The notes below the pieces were generated by a model. That model ran no database searches and was not told the DNA's origin. It worked only from the letters and a program-made list of their open reading frames with translations. Of a DNA stretch of 13,440 nt, positions 7,095-13,440 are shown piece by piece; position 1 is the stretch's first letter, and each line of letters begins with the position of its first letter. The position numbers and the translations under genes were made by a program. Source of the DNA: a bacterium (GTDB lineage: Bacteria; Zhuqueibacterota; Zhuqueibacteria; Oceanimicrobiales; Oceanimicrobiaceae). The stretch spans positions 1 through 13,440 of the forward strand of contig JBHHYI010000112.1 in NCBI GenBank assembly GCA_046757525.1. Direction: 5' to 3'.

Positions 7095-8792
7095 TCAGCT
7101 CTCTTTTTGCGCCAATTGCGTGGCCAGGGTATATTGGGGCACGATGTCTACGGGCAAATCTTTTAATTCTTCCAATCCTGCGCTGAGAGATGCCGGTACC
7201 TGCACGTATTTGTCTAACAGCTTCTGTGTCCCCGCATAATCTCCTCTGGCTTGCAAGACGCAAATATCGTGTACCAGGTCGCGAATTCCGTTTTCAAAAC
7301 GGTCGAAATTGACCGCAAACTTACTCGTGGTTTTGTCGTAAACCAACGCAGCTTTATTCAGCAAGTAGTTGAATTGCAGCGCGCTGCCTTTGCCATGAGC
7401 CTCCCCGACGCCAAATCGCACGCCACGAAACAGGCCGGCCAGATAGGTGACGGCAATTTCCTTGCGCGCGGATTCTGGCAGCAACCCCTTTTTGATCATG
7501 AAGTGCAGATTGTAGACGCCCATCACGTCCGCCTTGGCCTCTTCCACTGCCGAGTACAAATCCTTGAGTTCCCGTCGCACTTCTGTGGCGCGACCGTTGA
7601 CGACGATCTTGCCGGGGCCAAGACCGTGGGAAAGTTCGTGAAACAGCACTTCGTTGGTGAAAGCAGCGGCTGAGAGAAAGGGCAACTGCTCCTTCTCGAC
7701 CAGGCGTTCGGCAATGGGTTTGAGAATTTTTTTGTACTTAGCTGTGATTACGTTGCGCAACAGAACCTTCTTGCTGCCCTTTTGCTCGCGCACGGTCTCA
7801 TCGTTCGGCAGGTTGAAGGCAATGGTCTGCACGCCGGCTTTGGTGTCTCCGGCGGTGTAGACCTCGTCGACGACCCGGATGGGCGATTCCGAACCGCGCT
7901 GGAGATTCTTCATCTTGTCGGGAATGGGGAGGTTGCGTTCCATGGCTGGCAGCTCCGACTTGTACCGCGCCAACTTCTGGCTTTCCGCGGGATCGGTGAC
8001 GGTAACAAACGACTCAAACGAAGCCTTGTATCCGAACAGCTTGTCCTCGTAGACTTCGTACGGTCCGATGGTAATTTCGATTGGGCTGTCTAAATCCATC
8101 CAGGCCACGTCGCTGTCGTGGTAATCGTTGGACAAGAAGGCCGCGGCACGGCTTTCCAGAAAAGTCTTGAGCGAGGCGTTGCGGGTCAAGGCCGCGGCCT
8201 CTTGCATGAGTTTGGCCGACGGTTCCAGCCATTTCTTAAACACTTCTGAGTAAGGTTGAGCAATTAGGTGGCCGTCCTGGCGGCCAATCATGGTAAACAA
8301 GCTGGTCAGCGCCTTGGCCTCATCTGGATGCTCGTTCTTGTATTTTTCAAATTCTTCTTTGGTGAGATTGTCCGGGTAAAAGCCGGCGCCTTTGGGCTTT
8401 TGAATTTCACCGACAAAAGGGGCATCGTGTTCGTCCAGACGGTCCCAGGGACCGAAACAAATCTTGAAATACTCGTAAGCCTTGCGCCCTAAGTCGTCTT
8501 TTCTATTCTTTAAGGCCTTGCGGTACAGAGGATTCTGGTCCCACACCTGCCGGAGAAATATCTCATCCATGTATTTGCTGGCTTGAATGAGTTTGGCCAG
8601 TGCTTTTTGTTCATTTTTTGGCAAAAAAGAAATATCAGCGCTGATTTCCACCGGAGCGAATTTTGCCAGACGCTCCCCCACATCTGGTTTGATTTCCAGA
8701 TAAACATTGTCCATTTCCTTCCCTCCACGGCTGCAGCCCACAAGCAGTGAAAGTGCAAAAAACAAAACGAGAGGCCTGGCATTCCTGAACAT
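7095..8792 (-). CDS. Peptidase M49 / dipeptidyl-peptidase III-like zinc metallopeptidase, lipoprotein
   Basis: GPWDRLD, GAGFYP, IGPYEVYED, AFNLPND, HELSHGLGP (HExxH) and EEAKADVMG. ATG 8792 follows GGAGGG; lipobox LLVG-C. Confidence 0.85.
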   Translation of the reverse strand: MFRNARPLVLFFALSLLVGCSRGGKEMDNVYLEIKPDVGERLAKFAPVEISADISFLPKNEQKALAKLIQASKYMDEIFLRQVWDQNPLYRKALKNRKDDLGRKAYEYFKICFGPWDRLDEHDAPFVGEIQKPKGAGFYPDNLTKEEFEKYKNEHPDEAKALTSLFTMIGRQDGHLIAQPYSEVFKKWLEPSAKLMQEAAALTRNASLKTFLESRAAAFLSNDYHDSDVAWMDLDSPIEITIGPYEVYEDKLFGYKASFESFVTVTDPAESQKLARYKSELPAMERNLPIPDKMKNLQRGSESPIRVVDEVYTAGDTKAGVQTIAFNLPNDETVREQKGSKKVLLRNVITAKYKKILKPIAERLVEKEQLPFLSAAAFTNEVLFHELSHGLGPGKIVVNGRATEVRRELKDLYSAVEEAKADVMGVYNLHFMIKKGLLPESARKEIAVTYLAGLFRGVRFGVGEAHGKGSALQFNYLLNKAALVYDKTTSKFAVNFDRFENGIRDLVHDICVLQARGDYAGTQKLLDKYVQVPASLSAGLEELKDLPVDIVPQYTLATQLAQKES

Positions 8793-8856
8793 TTTTCCCT
8801 CCATATCAGACATTTGCAAAAAACAACCTTGCGAAGAAATCATCTCGATGTTTTGC

Positions 8857-8885
8857 AGTATAGCGAAAAATGGAAATAATGTCAA
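8857..8885 (-). promoter_or_regulatory. Near-consensus sigma70 promoter for the M49 peptidase and probably the downstream Trx-like gene
   Basis: Minus strand TTGACA (8885-8880), 17 nt, TATACT (8862-8857). Confidence 0.75.
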
Positions 8886-8945
8886 GACAAATAGCAGTTT
8901 TAATTGACAGTAACTATTGCACAATTATTTCAGAGAGGTGGTAAG

Positions 8946-10397
8946 GTGAAGCTGCCGATTTCCAAGAACGCAAGATATTTTGGATTGTCTTTGCTGCTTG
9001 TTCAATTGTTTATTTCCTGCGCAGTCAATCCGGTAACCGGGAAGAAGGAATTGAGCTTTCTCAGTTACGATGGCGAACTCAGGCTTGGCAGACAGGCCGA
9101 TAGACAGATTGTCGCTTCGTTTGGTCTCTACGATGATCCGGAAGTTTCAAAATACGTGGAAGATCTGGGACAAATGATGGCCAGAATTTCCCATCGGCCA
9201 TTTCTGGAATTTCATTTTCGTGTGTTGGACACCCCGGTTGTGAATGCGTTCGCTCTGCCCGGAGGCTACGTTTACATTACCCGCGGCATTTTGGCGTACA
9301 TCAATTCAGAGGCGGAGTTGGCAGGGGTCATGGGACATGAGATTGGCCACGTTACGGCCAGGCACAGTGCCAAACAGTACACCCGTGGGCAACTGGCGCA
9401 AATCGGTTTTGGCGTCGGAAGCATCTTCTTGCCCCAATCAGCCTTGTTCAACAACGCTGCTCAATTTGGCGTGGGACTGCTTTTTTTGCAGTTTAGTCGC
9501 GACCAGGAGCGCCAGGCCGACTCCCTGGGCGTGGAATATTCCAGCCGAATCGGCTACGATGCCACCCAGATGTCCAAATTCTTTGGTACCCTGAAGCGAT
9601 TGGAAGTACAAAGCGGGCAGGAAGTGCCCGGCTGGTTCTCAACACATCCGGATCCTGAGGACCGCGAAGTTGCAACGCTGAGAATGACTAAGAGGTGGCA
9701 AAAGGCACTACCTCCTTTCCGCTTCAAGGTGGAGCGCAATCACTACCTGGACGCCATCGATGGCATCGTCTTTGGCGATGAACCGCGCCGGGGAATTGTG
9801 GAAAATGGTTACTTTTACTACCCGGCGTCGGACTTGCAGTTTCCAGTACCTGAGGGATGGCAGGTCACCAACCGACCACAGGAGGTGCAGATCCTAAGTC
9901 CAACCCAGACCGCAGGCATTCGCTTTTCTCGTTCTCAAAGTTCAAGCGCAAGCGCGGCTGCCGCCGATTTCGGTGCCGCCAGCAACGTGCAAGTGCTCAG
10001 TTCGAACAGAACCAGAATTAACGGCTTTAACACGGAAATCAGAGAGGCCCTGGTAGCGCGACAACAGGACAACCTCCAGGTGCTTGCCTATTTCATTGAA
10101 AAGGATGGCAGAGTTTTTGTTTTCCAGGCTTTTAGTACTCGAAGAAGCTACAATAAATACCTGTCTACCTTCAAACACACCATGGACAATTTTGACCGGC
10201 TGCGGAATCAAGCCGTGAAGAGGATCAGACCTGTAACCGTTAAAGTGATGACCGTGCAAAAAAGCACCACTTTAAAGGAGTTCCTGGCGCACTATTCGAA
10301 TAATAAATTGTCGCCCACGCGGATGGCGATTCTCAACGGCATGCACTTGAAGGATCGACTCCAGCCCGGGGACCGGGTCAAGGTTTTGGTGCGATGA
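8946..10397 (+). CDS. M48-family zinc metalloprotease lipoprotein (BepA/LoiP-like catalytic domain, C-terminal LysM-like end), copy 1
   Basis: CAVNPVTG after a signal peptide, NAFALPGGYVYITRG, ELAGVMGHEIGHV (HExxH), FSRDQERQAD, STHP. GTG 8946 follows GAGGTG; 483 aa. Confidence 0.9.
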   Translation: MKLPISKNARYFGLSLLLVQLFISCAVNPVTGKKELSFLSYDGELRLGRQADRQIVASFGLYDDPEVSKYVEDLGQMMARISHRPFLEFHFRVLDTPVVNAFALPGGYVYITRGILAYINSEAELAGVMGHEIGHVTARHSAKQYTRGQLAQIGFGVGSIFLPQSALFNNAAQFGVGLLFLQFSRDQERQADSLGVEYSSRIGYDATQMSKFFGTLKRLEVQSGQEVPGWFSTHPDPEDREVATLRMTKRWQKALPPFRFKVERNHYLDAIDGIVFGDEPRRGIVENGYFYYPASDLQFPVPEGWQVTNRPQEVQILSPTQTAGIRFSRSQSSSASAAAADFGAASNVQVLSSNRTRINGFNTEIREALVARQQDNLQVLAYFIEKDGRVFVFQAFSTRRSYNKYLSTFKHTMDNFDRLRNQAVKRIRPVTVKVMTVQKSTTLKEFLAHYSNNKLSPTRMAILNGMHLKDRLQPGDRVKVLVR

Positions 10398-10430
10398 CTC
10401 CCCCGCACATCCCGACAAAGAACTGTCTGA

Positions 10431-10465
10431 CAGGCGGAACTGGACGAAATCGCCGCTTCCGCCTG
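10431..10465. repeat. Hairpin downstream of M48 copy 1
   Basis: CAGGCGGAA (10431-10439) / TTCCGCCTG (10457-10465). No U-tract, so not a canonical intrinsic terminator. Confidence 0.4.
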
Positions 10466-10502
10466 ACTCCTGGCGCGGCACAGCCGCACATGAATAGAAC
10501 CT

Positions 10503-10596
10503 GGATTGAACGGATTTACGCGGATTGGGTTCTTGCGGAAACCAAACAGTTCCGGTCGGGCTAATCCCCTCGGATCAGTTAATCGGTACAATCCGC
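10503..10596. repeat. Degenerate GGATT/AATCC iterated inverted repeat
   Basis: Left arm GGATTGAACGGATTTACGCGGATT; right arm AATCCCCTCGGATCAGTTAATCGGTACAATCCGC. Confidence 0.4.
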
Positions 10597-10811
10597 ATTG
10601 CATTTTTATTGCACTCTTGTGCAACAAATGAGACGTCATATTACCCATACCCCAATTGAGCGATGTGTGCTCAATCAATTTCGTTTTCAGAAAAAAATCA
10701 CTCTGTCGGGGGCATGGTTTGCTGATCTTATGGCGCTTGCTGAAACTCCTTGATTTCCTCACATTTTTTGTTTTATTTACGGTTCGATTCATAATTTTCA
10801 AGGAGGGTAAA

Positions 10812-12263
10812 ATGAGCCGCAACAAATCGTTAACCGCAAGATATTTTCTGTTATTTTTGTCAGCAGTGCAGTTTTTTCTTTCCTGTGCCGTCAATCCGGT
10901 CACCGGCAAGAAGGAACTGAGTCTGCTGAGTTACGAAGATGAAATCAAGTTGGGGGCTGAAGCCGACAAGGGCATCGTGGCCCAGTACGGGCTTTACAAT
11001 GATGCCAAGATTGCTGAATACGTGAATCAATTGGGGCAGAAAATGGTCCGGATTTCTCACCGTCCAAATCTTGCTTTTCATTTTCGGCTCCTCGATTCAC
11101 CCGTGATCAACGCTTTTGCTCTGCCGGGGGGCTACGTGTACATTACCCGCGGCATCTTAGCTTACCTGAATTCCGAAGCCGAACTGGCCGGCGTTATGGG
11201 ACACGAAATCGGTCACGTCACGGCCAGACATGGTGCCAAGGCTTACACCAGGGCGCAACTCGCCCAGGTGGGTTTCGGCCTGGGCTCCGTGGTTTCGCCC
11301 CAGTTTCGCGCTCTCAGCAACGTCGCCCAGGTGGGCGTCGGTTTGCTGTTCTTGCGTTTCAGTCGAGACCAGGAGCGACAGGCCGATCAGTTGGGGGTGG
11401 AGTATTCTACGAAGATCGGTTACGACGCCACCAATCTGTCGCATTTTTTTGGCACCTTGAATCGTTTGCAAGCTCAAAGCGAACAAAGTTTGCCTGGCTG
11501 GTTCTCGACGCACCCCAATCCGGAAGAACGGGAAGCCAAGACCCTGCAAATGGCGAAAGATTGGCAACGAAAAGTGCCCACAAAGCATTTCAAGGTCAAC
11601 AGAATTCATTATTTAACCACGGTCAATGGCATCGTCTTCGGGGAGGACCCGCGCCAGGGATTCGTGCAAAACGGCTATTTTTACCACCCCACGTTGAATT
11701 TTCAGTTTCCGGTTCCCAAAGGTTGGCGCGTGATCAACACGCCGCAACAGGTGCAAATTGTGAACAAGAAACAGGACGCAGGCATCTTGTTTTCCCTGGC
11801 CGAACAAAGCACTGCCAGGGGTGCGGCCGAAACATTTGTAGCAAACAGCAAGGGGCGTGTCGTCCAATCGGACCATACCAGAGTACATGGCTTAAGAACG
11901 GAAATCAGAGTTACGGACGTCGAGAACCGTCAGGGCAGCGCGCGCGTTCTTTCCTACTTCATCGAAAGGGGCAACAGCGTCTACGTTTTCCACGGCTTCA
12001 CCTCTCCGGCTAAGTTCGACAAGTACCGGAGCACTTTCAAGCACACCATGAGCAACTTTGACCGGCTCAAAAACAGAGCGGCAAAAACGGCCAAACCAAC
12101 GCGGCTGCGAATCGTCAAGGTACGCAAGGGGGGCAGCTTGAAATCTGTTCTTTCCAGACTGTCGCAAAAGGGCACCAACCTGGAAGAATTGGCCATCATT
12201 AACGGTAAGCTGTTGACGGACAGGGTAAAGCCCGGGGATCGCGTTAAGGTGTTGAAGAAGTAG
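10812..12263 (+). CDS. M48-family zinc metalloprotease lipoprotein, copy 2 (tandem paralogue)
   Basis: Same motifs as copy 1 (CAVNPVTG, HEIGH, STHP). ATG 10812 follows AGGAGG; 483 aa. Confidence 0.9.
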   Translation: MSRNKSLTARYFLLFLSAVQFFLSCAVNPVTGKKELSLLSYEDEIKLGAEADKGIVAQYGLYNDAKIAEYVNQLGQKMVRISHRPNLAFHFRLLDSPVINAFALPGGYVYITRGILAYLNSEAELAGVMGHEIGHVTARHGAKAYTRAQLAQVGFGLGSVVSPQFRALSNVAQVGVGLLFLRFSRDQERQADQLGVEYSTKIGYDATNLSHFFGTLNRLQAQSEQSLPGWFSTHPNPEEREAKTLQMAKDWQRKVPTKHFKVNRIHYLTTVNGIVFGEDPRQGFVQNGYFYHPTLNFQFPVPKGWRVINTPQQVQIVNKKQDAGILFSLAEQSTARGAAETFVANSKGRVVQSDHTRVHGLRTEIRVTDVENRQGSARVLSYFIERGNSVYVFHGFTSPAKFDKYRSTFKHTMSNFDRLKNRAAKTAKPTRLRIVKVRKGGSLKSVLSRLSQKGTNLEELAIINGKLLTDRVKPGDRVKVLKK

Positions 12264-12278
12264 CTACTGGCACCTACC

Positions 12279-13316
12279 TCAGGGCTGGTTTCCTGAAGTC
12301 GTCTCTCTGATTCGTTTGTTAACGCGGGCTAATTGAATGAGCAACGTCTCTAACTTTTTGGAATACTCTTTGGATGGCATCTGCTCCTTTTGGGCCTTCA
12401 GCCTCTCAATTTCCTGGGACAGTTGAAAGCGCTTCAATTTTAGACTGTCCAGAGGGCTCTGAGTTCCGGCTTTGATTCTGCGCAAAGAAGCTTTGAGGTC
12501 CGGGGCGACGGGTTCTAAGTAGACCGTGCGGGCCAGTTGGCCGTCGCCTCGGTTGCGCACGGTCTGAACTCCAACCCCATCGCCGTTGTCGTCCAACAGC
12601 GGGTGTTCGGGCCGCAGCCTCCGCTTTTCCACGAACCAGGCGTCTTGCCCAACTTTGGCGTAGTTAAACGCTTCCAGCATCGATATGTGGTGGTCCTTGT
12701 TTACATCTGCTTCTTTTTTCAGGGTGGCATCGATGAAGAAATCCGCAAACGTGGTTTCGTAGTTTTCGTAGCCGTTTTTCGTGGCGGTAATGATGATCCG
12801 TTGTTTGCCGCTCATCTTTTTGACAAAAGGGCCGCTGGCACTGGCTGTGTTGACTACGATGATCTTCTGCGTCGGCAACTGATCGACCAGGCGCGCAAAA
12901 TCGATGTCTCTCAGGTCAGGTCCTACCAGGTTGAATTTGCTCCAATTGCCATCAAAGGTGCCGTGGCCTACCAGGAACAGGAACAGTTGGTCCCCGGCTT
13001 GCATGGTTTTGCGCAATTTGCCGAACACTTTTGCCACATTGACCGCGGTGGCTTTGTAGTTTATATTGAGAGAATCATAAGAAGGATCTTCGAACAAAAA
13101 ATAGACGTTCTCCCGCGGGTAGTGCAGAGAATCCACCAGAATATCGTACATACGGCTGGTCTGCCCGTAGTATTTGTCGGTGAAAGCCTGCTGGCCGCCA
13201 ATGCCACCAATGATCACTGCAAAGCGCTGCCCAATGGAAAGGTTGGTCTGCGCTGGCAAGTTTTGAAACAGCAACAGGATCGTGAATTGAATGAGAAAAT
13301 AGGTTCTGCTAATCAT
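12279..13316 (-). CDS. Exported caspase/hemoglobinase (C13-like) fold protein lacking the catalytic Cys
   Basis: RFAVIIGG, LFLFLVGHG, IIVVNTASASGPF, RIIITAT; DVNKDHHISMLE and DDNGDG Ca-loop-like motifs; C-terminal coiled coil. ATG 13316 follows AGGA and gives a signal-peptide-like N-terminus. Confidence 0.65.
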   Translation of the reverse strand: MISRTYFLIQFTILLLFQNLPAQTNLSIGQRFAVIIGGIGGQQAFTDKYYGQTSRMYDILVDSLHYPRENVYFLFEDPSYDSLNINYKATAVNVAKVFGKLRKTMQAGDQLFLFLVGHGTFDGNWSKFNLVGPDLRDIDFARLVDQLPTQKIIVVNTASASGPFVKKMSGKQRIIITATKNGYENYETTFADFFIDATLKKEADVNKDHHISMLEAFNYAKVGQDAWFVEKRRLRPEHPLLDDNGDGVGVQTVRNRGDGQLARTVYLEPVAPDLKASLRRIKAGTQSPLDSLKLKRFQLSQEIERLKAQKEQMPSKEYSKKLETLLIQLARVNKRIRETTSGNQP

Positions 13317-13440
13317 CTTAGTCCTAATCGCTTTAAACGTGGGCTGTCCAAAAAGTCCACTTTTTCTGTCATTCCCGCGAAAGCGTTTTGGCGTCAACTT
13401 AAGGGCCGTCTAACCACTCTATTGTCACCCCGAGCGGAGT

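Noticed and set aside
6867..7097. 75-codon open frame directly continuing the M49 peptidase after its TGA (possible read-through)
   Set aside because: The peptidase C-terminus looks complete, the extension has no recognisable protein character, and it overlaps the selenoprotein start.
308..12199. Many short or antisense ORFs (e.g. 328-1023, 3658-4146, 7251-7673, 10292-10909, 11157-11609)
   Set aside because: They are shadows of well-supported genes on other frames and show no recognisable motifs.
139..13397. Extended N-termini in the ORF track (139, 2917, 5595, 8924, 8904, 10656, 13397)
   Set aside because: Downstream starts fit RBS, signal peptide or family length better, and several extensions cover promoter DNA.
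1..13440. CRISPR array, rRNA, tRNA, transposase or prophage genes; global TGA reassignment
   Set aside because: No regularly spaced direct repeats or such motifs were seen. TGA acts as a normal stop for several complete genes in the window.

Overview
Bacterial genomic window of 12 protein-coding genes, mostly envelope and proteostasis functions. In order: a secreted metal-dependent amidohydrolase; an orphan NtrC-like response regulator with a degenerate AAA+ domain; Hsp15 (HslR); a 3-isopropylmalate/tartrate dehydrogenase-family enzyme; an AT-rich higBA-type toxin-antitoxin pair with a clear promoter and operator; a YjjG-like HAD hydrolase; a small thioredoxin-like gene; an M49/DPP-III-like lipoprotein peptidase; two colinear tandem M48 metalloprotease lipoproteins; and a Cys-free caspase/C13-fold protein. 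The main finding is not visible in the ORF track. The 77-aa ORF at 6473-6706 (-) is the 3' part of a 135-aa thioredoxin-fold, probably lipid-anchored protein starting at ATG 6880. An in-frame TGA (6724-6722) sits at the first position of the redox motif (UPYC) and is followed by a hairpin fitting bacterial SECIS rules, so this is a candidate selenoprotein. Directly upstream lies a ~155-nt multi-stem sequence that may be an unannotated structured RNA. Several intergenic REP-like palindromes are also present. All calls are from manual reading; no database searches or folding programs were run.
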